Notes: generated from the letters alone by a model not told the origin. DNA of 64,000 nucleotides from Candidatus Termititenax sp. (GCA_020719045.1 DYQY01000002.1:70437-134436), one strand, 5' to 3'; counted from the first letter of the stretch, positions 12,836 through 21,964 are shown. A program made the numbers and translations.

Positions 12836-13666
12836 TTAACTAGACTTAACGCTTTCAAGTAGCATTGAAAATCTATTAAGTATCACACCTGATGATTCAA
12901 TTATCTTCTTATCTTGCATACCTAAAATCCTATAAGCGGTTTGCTTAATACTATTGCCTACCTTAGTCTTAGAAAACGCAAAAGAGACTGGCGATCTTTT
13001 TTGAATAGACTCTTTTACTGTGAGAGGATCGTCTAAAATAAACCCATAATTCTTTAATGTGTATTTAAGAAATTTCTCAGCTGCCATATTTAGTTTTCTA
13101 AAAACAGCATCAGCTTCAGTAACATTTCTAACTCTATTTATTACAACACCGATATCGTCAGACTTACCGTTTGTCTTAATAACTTTAATAATAGCATAAG
13201 CATCTGAAAGTGAAGTCAAGTCTGGAGTAGCCACAACTATTGTTCTGTCAGCTATTGAAATTAACTTCATAACATTATGAGACATTCCTGCCTCAGTATC
13301 TAGCACAATCAAGTCATATTCTGAATCCAATAAATTTAACTGACTCATGAGTCCATGTCTCTTCTGATGAGAAATATTAGAAAGCTTAAATATTCCAGAA
13401 GCACCAGGAATAATATCAATGCCTCCCGGACCCTTAATTATAATTTCTTTCAATGTTTTCTTACCTTCAACAACATCCATAATGTCATAATCAGGATAAA
13501 CGCCAGTTACTATATGAACATTGGCCATTCCTAGGTCACCATCAAGCACTAGCGTTTTCTTACCTAAAAGAACTGCTTCAATAGCAAGGTTTACGGAAAA
13601 TAATGTCTTACCAACACCACCCTTACCACTTGTAACTGCTACTATTTCTGCTTTTTTGGAGCCCAT
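12836..13666 (-). CDS. flhG: FlhG/FleN-type MinD-like ATPase
   Basis: TSGKGGVGKT, DGDLGMANV, IIPGASG, TSLSDAYAIIK; ATG 13666 with GGAGGG SD. Confidence 0.85.
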   Translation of the reverse strand: MGSKKAEIVAVTSGKGGVGKTLFSVNLAIEAVLLGKKTLVLDGDLGMANVHIVTGVYPDYDIMDVVEGKKTLKEIIIKGPGGIDIIPGASGIFKLSNISHQKRHGLMSQLNLLDSEYDLIVLDTEAGMSHNVMKLISIADRTIVVATPDLTSLSDAYAIIKVIKTNGKSDDIGVVINRVRNVTEADAVFRKLNMAAEKFLKYTLKNYGFILDDPLTVKESIQKRSPVSFAFSKTKVGNSIKQTAYRILGMQDKKIIESSGVILNRFSMLLESVKSS

Positions 13667-13723
13667 TTTACCCTCCTTCATTTCACTGATATCACCACTA
13701 GTTGTAAATGTAAACATATCCAT

Positions 13724-13752
13724 ATTATACACACCACAGGTAGAGTAATCAA
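13724..13752 (-). promoter_or_regulatory. Sigma70-type promoter of flhG
   Basis: Minus strand TTGATT-N17-TATAAT with TG extension. Confidence 0.55.
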
Positions 13753-13758
13753 GCGTGA

Positions 13759-13787
13759 TTGTCAAAAAAAAAAAATTGTTTTATAAT
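13759..13787 (+). promoter_or_regulatory. Sigma70-type promoter of argA
   Basis: TTGTCA-N17 (contains most of an A12 run)-TATAAT, 6 nt before ATG 13794. Confidence 0.6.
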
Positions 13788-13793
13788 GAACTA

Positions 13794-14261
13794 ATGGTCA
13801 ATAAAAACATTGTAATAAAAAAAGCAAAAATAGCAGATGCAACTGCTATAAAATCAATACTAGACGAGTACGCTAATCAGCGAAAACTACTCGCCAGATC
13901 ACTTCAATATATTATTGAAAATATCAGAGAATTTCATCTTGCTACAATTGATAATGAAGTTATTGGAACTTGCGCCTTAAAAGTGTCTACAGTTGACCTA
14001 GCTGAAATCAAATCACTAGCAGTTAAAGAGGCTTACATGAAAGAAGGAATTGGCTCAAAACTCATAGAAGCTGTATTATCAGAAGGAAAAGACCTTGGCG
14101 TAAAGGAATTTTTCGCCTTAACATATGTGCCTGATTTCTTCTACAAAAAAGGATTCATAATGATTCAAAAGGAAGACCTACCACACAAGATTTGGACAGA
14201 ATGCGTCCATTGTCCATTCTTCCCAAACTGTAACGAAACTGCTGTTATCTTAAAAAACTAG
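13794..14261 (+). CDS. argA: Short-form N-acetylglutamate synthase (GNAT)
   Basis: LLARSL, LAEIKSLAV, FALTYVPDFF, LPHKIWTECVHCPFFPNCNE signature. Confidence 0.85.
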   Translation: MVNKNIVIKKAKIADATAIKSILDEYANQRKLLARSLQYIIENIREFHLATIDNEVIGTCALKVSTVDLAEIKSLAVKEAYMKEGIGSKLIEAVLSEGKDLGVKEFFALTYVPDFFYKKGFIMIQKEDLPHKIWTECVHCPFFPNCNETAVILKN

Positions 14262-15703
14262 AAGTCATCAAAATCAATATCATCAAAGTCTAAATCTCCA
14301 CCCAAAAGATCATCATCAACTTGTTTGCTTACTGTCTCTGGAGCTTTAGAGAAGGTTGAGGTCACAACCCCTCCACCTTTACCCATAATCGAGGTTATCT
14401 GATTGATAGTTTCTTTGAAAGGATGATTCTCATATGTGCCTTGCCTCAAAAATTGATTTATAGGATCTATCTTGTCAATTGCCCAATCTATCTTTGGATT
14501 ACTTCCCTTCACATAAGCACCAATATTAATTAAGTCCTCTGCTTCAGAATATCGAGCCAAAGCCTCTCTAAGCAATCCTGCTGCCCTAACATGATCCTCA
14601 CTATTAATCGAAGTAAATAAACGGCTTACGCTTGCATTTACATCCACCGATGGAAAATGATTCTTTGCAGCAATATCACGAGAAAGGATTACGTGACCAT
14701 CTAAAATCCCTCTAGCTGTGTCGGCTATTGGTTCGTCCATGTCACTTCCTTCAACAAGAACAGTATATATAGCAGTTATCGTCCCAACAGGCGCAGTACC
14801 AGTTCGTTCCATTAGTCTAGGCATTAAAGCAAAAACAGAAGGAGGATAACCTTTAGTTGTTGGTGGCTCACCAGTCGCTAAACCTACTTCACGCTGAGCC
14901 ATTGCGTACCTTGTCGTACTATCCATCATAAACAAAACATTCTTGCCTTGATCACGAAAATACTCAGCTATCGCAGTACCAACCAATGCTCCTTTTAAAC
15001 GAATAAGCGGTGGTTTATCTGATGTAGCTACAATAACAACAGAACGCTTCAAGCCCTCTTCACCCAAGGACTCTTCTATAAAATCCCTAACTTCACGCCC
15101 TCTTTCACCAACCAATGCGATTACAGACACATCAGCAGTAGACTGCCTCGCCATTTGTCCCATAATTGTTGACTTACCAACACCAGAACCTGCAAAAATA
15201 CCAATACGCTGGCCTTTGCCAAAAGTCAAAAGACCATCAATTACTCTTATACCTGTCTGGAGAACTTCCTTTATTCTTGGTCTTTTGACAGGGTCAGGAG
15301 GATTATTATCCAAAGGATACTCAGTTTCAAAAGATAATGGACCTAACCCATCGATTGGATCACCCAATCCATCTAAAACTCTACCAAGCAATCCTTTCCC
15401 AACCTTTACCATAAGTGGCTTGCCAGTCGAATAAACCAAACTTCCAGGACCAATTCCCTCAATTGGACCAAATGGCATCAACAATACACGATTTTCATTA
15501 AACCCAACAACTTCGGCCCTTAACTCATTGTTTTTTGATACCTGAATTAAACAAACATCTCCAACTTTTGCGCCTTGCAAATGAGCCTCTATTACAAGAC
15601 CTACAACCTCTACAACTTTACCCACTATCTTATGGAGTGGCTCCATCTTCTCAATCTCTTTAATATACTTAGAAAAATTTACTGACTCGTTATTCGTCAT
15701 CAT
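14258..15703 (-). CDS. fliI: Flagellar/type III export ATPase FliI/SctN with acidic C-terminal tail
   Basis: GQRIGIFAGSGVGKST, GERGREV, MDSTTRYAMAQREVG, DGHVILSR. Confidence 0.95.
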   Translation of the reverse strand: MMTNNESVNFSKYIKEIEKMEPLHKIVGKVVEVVGLVIEAHLQGAKVGDVCLIQVSKNNELRAEVVGFNENRVLLMPFGPIEGIGPGSLVYSTGKPLMVKVGKGLLGRVLDGLGDPIDGLGPLSFETEYPLDNNPPDPVKRPRIKEVLQTGIRVIDGLLTFGKGQRIGIFAGSGVGKSTIMGQMARQSTADVSVIALVGERGREVRDFIEESLGEEGLKRSVVIVATSDKPPLIRLKGALVGTAIAEYFRDQGKNVLFMMDSTTRYAMAQREVGLATGEPPTTKGYPPSVFALMPRLMERTGTAPVGTITAIYTVLVEGSDMDEPIADTARGILDGHVILSRDIAAKNHFPSVDVNASVSRLFTSINSEDHVRAAGLLREALARYSEAEDLINIGAYVKGSNPKIDWAIDKIDPINQFLRQGTYENHPFKETINQITSIMGKGGGVVTSTFSKAPETVSKQVDDDLLGGDLDFDDIDFDDF

Positions 15704-16685
15704 CAGTTAGAAAATCGAAATTATCAACACCAAGACTGTCACCAAAAGACAATAAGTCATCATTGTCTTTAAATATATCATCAGAGGTTGGCACTGTTGC
15801 AGCTATTTCTTCAGCAACTTTTGTATCCATTAGTGCAGGTTTATCGCAATCCTTAATACTACAAATTAAATCCTTAATACTCTGCATTTTTGATTCTATT
15901 CTTGAGTCTATTATTCCAAAATTAGCTTCTATTAAACAACCACCCTGAGAAACATCAGCATCTCCTACTATTTTACACTCTTTAATTGACATAAACTCAG
16001 ACAATAGCTTTGCCTTATTATCTTCCAAATGTTGAACATTTTCTGGATTTACCTTAATGGTTAAGTCATGACCACTTGTAACAGGCACCAAGGCTTCTCT
16101 AACAACTTCAAGCATAATGTTTTTATCTATCTCAATAGAACGAGACAATAACTTCTTAACAATAACATCTAACAAAGCTATTAAATATGGCTCTGTATTA
16201 GTAAGAATTTCTTTTTTATATTCATCAAGCTCTTTAAACTTATTAATTAACCCATATAAGGCATCTTCATAATTCTTCCTTGCTTTATCGTGATCTGCTC
16301 TACCCTGTGCCTCTCCCTTAACTAAACCATCCGCAATTCCTTGATTATTACCTTTTGCATAGCCCTCATCATAGGCATCCTTTATTACCCTTTGTTTAGT
16401 TGCTTCAATATCAGAAAAAAAGGACTGTTTTTCCTTTTCAACATTACGTATTTTTTCATCCAAAGCCATTTCTTTACTAATTAGATTTTCTTTTTCTTTC
16501 TCTAAACTTAACCTATATGCTTCGGCTTCCTTCATTAGCTCATTCTTAAGTAAACGAATCTCTTCCTCAATCTTATCTTTAGGGATACATAAATCTAACT
16601 TAAACTTTTGAGAAGAACTTTTTAAAATTGAACGGTCAACATGTTCTTTACCGTAATTCAATTGGTTTTTTTTAATTAAAGCCAT
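15690..16685 (-). CDS. fliH: FliH/SctL-like export stalk protein
   Basis: AxxxG(xxxG)n repeats (AYDEGYAKGNNQGIADG), IKVNP, GGCLIEANFGIIDSRIE. Confidence 0.88.
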   Translation of the reverse strand: MALIKKNQLNYGKEHVDRSILKSSSQKFKLDLCIPKDKIEEEIRLLKNELMKEAEAYRLSLEKEKENLISKEMALDEKIRNVEKEKQSFFSDIEATKQRVIKDAYDEGYAKGNNQGIADGLVKGEAQGRADHDKARKNYEDALYGLINKFKELDEYKKEILTNTEPYLIALLDVIVKKLLSRSIEIDKNIMLEVVREALVPVTSGHDLTIKVNPENVQHLEDNKAKLLSEFMSIKECKIVGDADVSQGGCLIEANFGIIDSRIESKMQSIKDLICSIKDCDKPALMDTKVAEEIAATVPTSDDIFKDNDDLLSFGDSLGVDNFDFLTDDDE

Positions 16686-16686
16686 G

Positions 16687-17211
16687 TTATGCCTTATTCG
16701 CTTGCTTAATTAAGTGCTTTATCTTATCAATAAACTCTTTCTTTACTTTACTCTCTATACCCTCAAGAATAGCTGTTTTCTGAAAATCCTTAACAATACT
16801 AATCCCATCCTTTTCAAGCATCTCAATTAATGATTCTTTTCTATCATCATTAAAGAAACCTACCAAGAAACTCTGAAATATAGTTTTCTCCTGTTTCAAC
16901 ACTCTACAGGCATATACCAACTCAACCTTAGCAAAAAATTCATCACCATCTAAATCTAAAATACTCACTACTTTTTCAGGTAGTAATTCTTCTTCCTCAA
17001 GATCAATATCAAGCAAATCTTCATCTTTCAATATATTATCTAAAACAAAAGAATCAATGTCATCTGGTAAAGGAATTTGACCAACATAAGGCAATATCTC
17101 GTCTTGTACTTTCTCAAAAACATCTGAGGGAAGCTTCTTTAAAATATTATCAGAAAATACTTCACCTAGCATTGTAAAAACTAATATTGTTTTTTGTTTA
17201 TTATTAAACAT
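16687..17211 (-). CDS. Truncated FliG-like protein (N and M domains only)
   Basis: KQKTILVFTMLGE resembles FliG-N (QKAAILLxxLGE); lies between fliF and fliH; only 174 aa. Confidence 0.6.
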   Translation of the reverse strand: MFNNKQKTILVFTMLGEVFSDNILKKLPSDVFEKVQDEILPYVGQIPLPDDIDSFVLDNILKDEDLLDIDLEEEELLPEKVVSILDLDGDEFFAKVELVYACRVLKQEKTIFQSFLVGFFNDDRKESLIEMLEKDGISIVKDFQKTAILEGIESKVKKEFIDKIKHLIKQANKA

Positions 17212-18715
17212 CAGTATTCCTAATCCATTTAATTATTCTTTTAATTACAATATCCTCATTATTATTAACAAATGATCTAAATTTCTCTAAAGAAAAATCC
17301 ACATCCTCTTCACGTGACTCAATTTCAGCAACTGGACCTTCTTCATCTTGAGGTACACTCAACTGTTCATCATTACTTTTATTAGAAAAAATAAAATAAA
17401 CAACAATAACCACACCAATACCAAGAATTACAACACCAAACAGAATCATAATAAAAACATTATTCTTGCCCTTATTCTGACCATAGCTTTGCTCTACATT
17501 ATCAATTATTTCCTCAGGCTCAGGACGAGAATCAAGATAATTATCCGTAGCTTCTATGTGAACAAAAGGCATTAACTCAATTACAATACTATCTCTGCCT
17601 GACTTATAATCAACAACAGAAGCAACTAACTGAAAGGTGCTTTGCTTAATGCTTTGATTAAAATTCAAAGATAAACTTGAGTTATCTAATATTATAGCAA
17701 TATTAATTTTATCTATATCAAAAGGTGTACTTTCTTTATATGATTCAGTAAGTGCAACAGTTGTATAAACCATGTACCTGCCTACCGGATAAAGAGTCTT
17801 CAAAACATCCTTAACCTTAGTCGTATAAGTATTTTCATAGTTCTCTTTAAGCTCTTTCTTGAATTTTAATAATAACTCTAATGGTGATGATTCATCTGAA
17901 CTACTAACTCTCAACAACTTAACAACATCATCAAGCTCAGTGTTCTCAGCGCTTTTTACAAACTTAGCACTCAAAATATTCCCTTTATTATCAATAACTG
18001 CAACATTCTCAGGCGGAAGATTCTCAACAGAACTAGCAACCAAATGCATAATACCCTTAACTTGCGCGTCAGTAACTTCAGCATTCTCTGCTATATTCAA
18101 GATTACAGACGTGGAACCTGGAACTTTCTCACCAAACAATGTTTTTTCTGGCATTACAATTTGAACCCTAGCACTGTTTATGTTTTCCATAGTGGAAATA
18201 ATTCTTGATAACTCTCCACTAACAGCCCTTATATACTTTATTCTTCTATCATAGTCTGTCGCACCTAACCCTGCTGATTCATCAAATATCTCAAACCCAA
18301 CGATTCCACCTTCTGGCAGACCAAGTTGGGCAAGTTTGAGCTTTACTTCATCAGCATACTCTTTTGGCACAGAAATATTAACAACTCGGCCATCTTTAAT
18401 AGACTCAAAAGGGATATTTTCATAGCTCAATACTTTTCTTATCTGAGCTGCATCCATAGGAGTTATTTCTTCAAACACTGGAACATATTTATATTTCTTT
18501 TCAGAAACCTTAGTTTTTGACTCTTCTAAATTCTTAGAGGAATTATGCCTTACATAAAATCCAACGCCGATTGCAACCAGCACCAGTACAATAAAAATTG
18601 CAAGACCAACTTGAACCCATCTATTTGACAGGAACCCTAAAAATGACGACCCTCGACTTCCTTCTCCAACTTCTAAAGGGGCATCTTCAACATCTTGTTC
18701 ATTTACCTCTACCAT
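17204..18715 (-). CDS. fliF: FliF-like MS-ring protein (divergent)
   Basis: Two TM helices; GFEIFD...GATDYD...RAVSGELSR...SARVQIVMP...LVASSVENL..ENVAVIDNKG. Confidence 0.88.
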   Translation of the reverse strand: MVEVNEQDVEDAPLEVGEGSRGSSFLGFLSNRWVQVGLAIFIVLVLVAIGVGFYVRHNSSKNLEESKTKVSEKKYKYVPVFEEITPMDAAQIRKVLSYENIPFESIKDGRVVNISVPKEYADEVKLKLAQLGLPEGGIVGFEIFDESAGLGATDYDRRIKYIRAVSGELSRIISTMENINSARVQIVMPEKTLFGEKVPGSTSVILNIAENAEVTDAQVKGIMHLVASSVENLPPENVAVIDNKGNILSAKFVKSAENTELDDVVKLLRVSSSDESSPLELLLKFKKELKENYENTYTTKVKDVLKTLYPVGRYMVYTTVALTESYKESTPFDIDKINIAIILDNSSLSLNFNQSIKQSTFQLVASVVDYKSGRDSIVIELMPFVHIEATDNYLDSRPEPEEIIDNVEQSYGQNKGKNNVFIMILFGVVILGIGVVIVVYFIFSNKSNDEQLSVPQDEEGPVAEIESREEDVDFSLEKFRSFVNNNEDIVIKRIIKWIRNTDV

Positions 18716-18724
18716 ATTTACTTA

Positions 18725-19060
18725 TTATACAGCCATTTGGAGAATTTCTTTAGTGGTTTGCACTGCAGAATTAATAACTGTCATAGCAAGGCTTAAAGAA
18801 ACCGTAGCTTTCTCCATTTGAATTATTACTTCCTCCAAAGAAACCTTACCATCGACATACTGATTTATTAACGCATCTGACTTAATTTCTTGCTGACTAA
18901 CTCTATTTAATCCATCAAGTGCTTTATCTAATGCAATTTGAAACAAGTTCTCGTTTAATGTTATTTCTTCAGCAGGATTTGGTTTTAATGCATAAACATT
19001 AAAAAGATCATCTGTTTTTCCAATCATTGCATCTTTAACTAAATTTATTCCACCAGCCAT
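18725..19060 (-). CDS. fliE: FliE-like hook-basal body protein
   Basis: GKVSLEEVIIQMEKATVSLSLA...KEILQMAV; lies between flgC and fliF. Confidence 0.8.
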   Translation of the reverse strand: MAGGINLVKDAMIGKTDDLFNVYALKPNPAEEITLNENLFQIALDKALDGLNRVSQQEIKSDALINQYVDGKVSLEEVIIQMEKATVSLSLAMTVINSAVQTTKEILQMAV

Positions 19061-19062
19061 AA

Positions 19063-19500
19063 TTACTTCCCTATATTCATAATTGTTTGAGCGACCTGTT
19101 TAGCTGAACTAAAAACTGCGGCATTTGCCTCATACATTCTTCTTGTAACTGCCATATCAGACATCTCCTGAGATAAAGAATATCCAGAAATTGCAACAAA
19201 ACCATTTTCGTCAGCCATTGGATTACCAGGATCATACACCTTTTCAGCTGAACTATTATCTTCTTTAACCTCTGAAACAAAAGGTTCATTTGTTCCAGGT
19301 AAGGTTCTTACTACCAATGATCTTCTCTTATAAGGAGTCCCGTCAGAAGACCTATATGAATTCATATTTGCAATATTTTCTGCTATAGCTTGAAGTTTTT
19401 GTTGTTGTACAATCATACCTGAACTACTAACCCCCATCACATTAAAAACATCAGCAAAACCAACAATAGATAAACATAAAACAAATATAATGCTACGCAT
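19063..19500 (-). CDS. flgC: FlgC-like rod protein with N-terminal signal-peptide-like extension
   Basis: SSGM..QQQKL..IAENIAN, PYKRR, YDPGNPMADENGFV, RRMYEAN. Confidence 0.9.
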   Translation of the reverse strand: MRSIIFVLCLSIVGFADVFNVMGVSSSGMIVQQQKLQAIAENIANMNSYRSSDGTPYKRRSLVVRTLPGTNEPFVSEVKEDNSSAEKVYDPGNPMADENGFVAISGYSLSQEMSDMAVTRRMYEANAAVFSSAKQVAQTIMNIGK

Positions 19501-19502
19501 AT

Positions 19503-19814
19503 CTATCCTCCTTTACCCAAAGTAGCAACTTTCTTTAAATTCTTAAGCTTACTTGAAAGCAAATTTGCATATGACGTTAGTTTTAAGTTGTTTTCAGCAT
19601 ACTTAGTCATTTCCTGATCCATCAAAGCTTCTTTATCGCCTAATTTAACTTTTGCCTTTTCTAAAGCTGAGTCAAAATCTAACTTATTAAAATTCCCAGA
19701 CTCAATATTCGCAATATTGGTTGCTATGTTCTTTTGTCTTACGGAAGAAGCTTTCACGGCCTTTTCAAGGCTATCAAAAGATTGACCAAAAACTACCCCA
19801 TTTAATTCAGCCAT
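19503..19814 (-). CDS. flgB: FlgB-like proximal rod protein (short)
   Basis: RQKNIATNIAN, LDFDSAL, MDQEMTKYAENNL; upstream of flgC. Confidence 0.82.
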   Translation of the reverse strand: MAELNGVVFGQSFDSLEKAVKASSVRQKNIATNIANIESGNFNKLDFDSALEKAKVKLGDKEALMDQEMTKYAENNLKLTSYANLLSSKLKNLKKVATLGKGG

Positions 19815-19829
19815 ATTGCCCCCCCCCTA

Positions 19830-20609
19830 TTAAATAGACCATTTCCTACCCATCTTATAAGAAAGATTTCGTTTTAATTTATCTAATACCTTCATATGCA
19901 ATCTACTTATCTTACTTTTAGACATTTGCATTATTTTAGATATCTCCATTTGATTCTTATTCTCATAGTAATACAGCTTAACTAATTGTTGCTCTTCAGC
20001 TGTAAGCTTAGACAATGAGTCATGGAGATTAATTCGCTCATTAGAACGCTCTATTCTTCCAATAATTTCATCACCGACATCTTGTCTTTGAAGAACAGTA
20101 GAAATATTTTCAATATTCTCTAAAGATAACAAATAAATAATTACTGAGCTATTTAATGCTTGATACAAAGAAGCGTCTGTATCTGCCGAAACTTCACCAC
20201 CCTCAGTGTTACTATCTGCCATATCTCTAGCCAATTCCATAATTCTTTCTTTTACGCGTTCTTTGTCAACAACTTTGTTGTAGCCTGGATTCTTAGTTTT
20301 CCATTCCTTACGAATATTATCTAATATCTCGCCTCGAATTCTATATGTAGCATATGTTCTAAAAATAGCGCCCTTTTCATTATTGTAGTTCTTCCATGCC
20401 TTCATTAAACCTTCCCAGCCAAAACTAACCAAATCATCAAATTCCATTCCTGGAGGCAAATTACCGCCAGAAAAAATACTTGCTACAATAGTCTTAATTA
20501 AATTGATAAATTCATCTTTTTTATCTTCTGGAATAGCTTCAACCCTTGTCTCTGCCTCAGATGCTCTATAAAGAGGATTAACCTCTACGATTTTTATCTC
20601 ATCACTCAT
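19830..20609 (-). CDS. fliA: FliA/WhiG-family (sigma28-like) sigma factor
   Basis: DDLVSFGWEGL, FRTYATYRIRGEILDNIR (region 2), LYYYENKNQMEISK...SRLH (region 4). Confidence 0.85.
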   Translation of the reverse strand: MSDEIKIVEVNPLYRASEAETRVEAIPEDKKDEFINLIKTIVASIFSGGNLPPGMEFDDLVSFGWEGLMKAWKNYNNEKGAIFRTYATYRIRGEILDNIRKEWKTKNPGYNKVVDKERVKERIMELARDMADSNTEGGEVSADTDASLYQALNSSVIIYLLSLENIENISTVLQRQDVGDEIIGRIERSNERINLHDSLSKLTAEEQQLVKLYYYENKNQMEISKIMQMSKSKISRLHMKVLDKLKRNLSYKMGRKWSI

Positions 20610-20612
20610 TAA

Positions 20613-20918
20613 TTACTCTCCAAAATCTAAATCTAACGTTCCACTATCTATCATTTGCTCAGCTACTTGTTGTCTAAAAATGTCATCTGTCATCATTTTA
20701 GCAACATCATCAGAAAACATTCCCTTAAACAGATTTTCTTCATCTTCATCAGCCTGAAAAATATCTCCTAATGACACTCTATTCATAAAAACCTTATCAA
20801 TAAATAGCTTCGCAAACTCCCTTTTTACCTCTGCTGCTTGCTCAGTAGTAGGATTTTGTAACCTATTAGAGTCTATTATACTGGAATTCCCAATAAATGT
20901 TAAAGGGTTAACCGTCAT
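20613..20918 (-). CDS. Small FlgJ-like rod-binding protein without muramidase domain
   Basis: Position after flgI; EFAKLFIDKVF...DDIFRQQVAEQM resembles the FlgJ rod-binding helices. Confidence 0.5.
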   Translation of the reverse strand: MTVNPLTFIGNSSIIDSNRLQNPTTEQAAEVKREFAKLFIDKVFMNRVSLGDIFQADEDEENLFKGMFSDDVAKMMTDDIFRQQVAEQMIDSGTLDLDFGE

Positions 20919-21955
20919 TAAATTACCTCAATTTCGGCAGTAATTGCGCCAGCAGCTTTAATTGCCTGCAAAATTGAAACCATTGTTGATGGTTTTGCAC
21001 CTAATGCATTCAATGATTTAACCAAGTCTGACAAGGTATCACCATTCTGAATAACCTTAAAGTTTGTATTAGTTTCTGAAACATTTATATTTACAACGTC
21101 ATAAATATCCCTATCAATCTTAATGGAAATGTCACCATAATTTATCGCAACAGGAGATATTCTTACCTTCTCACCTATGACTATTGCACCAGTTCTCTCA
21201 CTTATAACTATTTTAGCTGAAACATCTGGCTTTACTGAAACGTCCATAAGTTTAGCAATAAAGCCTACCTTATCTTTTTTATGCTCAGGAGACAGACGGA
21301 CTTTAACAGCAGCAGGATCTGTTGTCTCGCAAAAAGCAAGTCCTGCAGCCTCAATAGCTGTACCAATCCTTGTAGCAGTTATATAATCTGGACTCTTCAA
21401 GTTAAGCACTAAATAATTTTCATCTGTTAAAATAATAGGCACTTCTTTCTCGACAATACCTCCGTTAGAAATAATTCCTCTGTTTGATTCATTTTTCTGA
21501 TATCTTATCTCACCTGACTCAGCAGAAATACCGCCAACCACAATATTACCCTGAGCTGTCATATAGGCATTCCCGTCAGCTCCAGTCAATGGTGTTAACA
21601 ATAACGTACCACCTCTAAGTGATGCAGCATCACCTATTGAAGAAACATTAACATCTAACTTTTGGCCATTCTTTGCATAAGGAGGCAACTCAGCAGTCAC
21701 CATTACAGATGCCATATTTTTACCTTGAAGGTCTTTATCATTTGGAGACAAACCCATTTTGTTTAGTAAGTTCTTCATGGACTTCTGTGTCATAAGAACC
21801 CTTGGGGAATCACCTGTGTTCTTAAGACCTACAACTAAACCATAGCCCATAATCATATTTGATCTGGCATTCTCTAAATAAACTAATTCCTTTATCCTTG
21901 TTTGAGTTGCGAAAATACTACATGATAACAAAAGCAGAATAATATAGTTTTTCAT
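20918..21955 (-). CDS. flgI: Flagellar P-ring protein
   Basis: Signal peptide, RIKEL, GYGLVVGL, VSSIGDAASLRGGTLLLTPL, ILQAIKAAGAI. Confidence 0.96.
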   Translation of the reverse strand: MKNYIILLLLSCSIFATQTRIKELVYLENARSNMIMGYGLVVGLKNTGDSPRVLMTQKSMKNLLNKMGLSPNDKDLQGKNMASVMVTAELPPYAKNGQKLDVNVSSIGDAASLRGGTLLLTPLTGADGNAYMTAQGNIVVGGISAESGEIRYQKNESNRGIISNGGIVEKEVPIILTDENYLVLNLKSPDYITATRIGTAIEAAGLAFCETTDPAAVKVRLSPEHKKDKVGFIAKLMDVSVKPDVSAKIVISERTGAIVIGEKVRISPVAINYGDISIKIDRDIYDVVNINVSETNTNFKVIQNGDTLSDLVKSLNALGAKPSTMVSILQAIKAAGAITAEIEVI

Positions 21956-21964
21956 TTTAACCCC

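Noticed and set aside
14258..18715. Classical injectisome (non-flagellar T3SS) call
   Set aside because: Rod, FliE and L/P-ring genes are flagellar; no secretin or needle gene is visible in the window.
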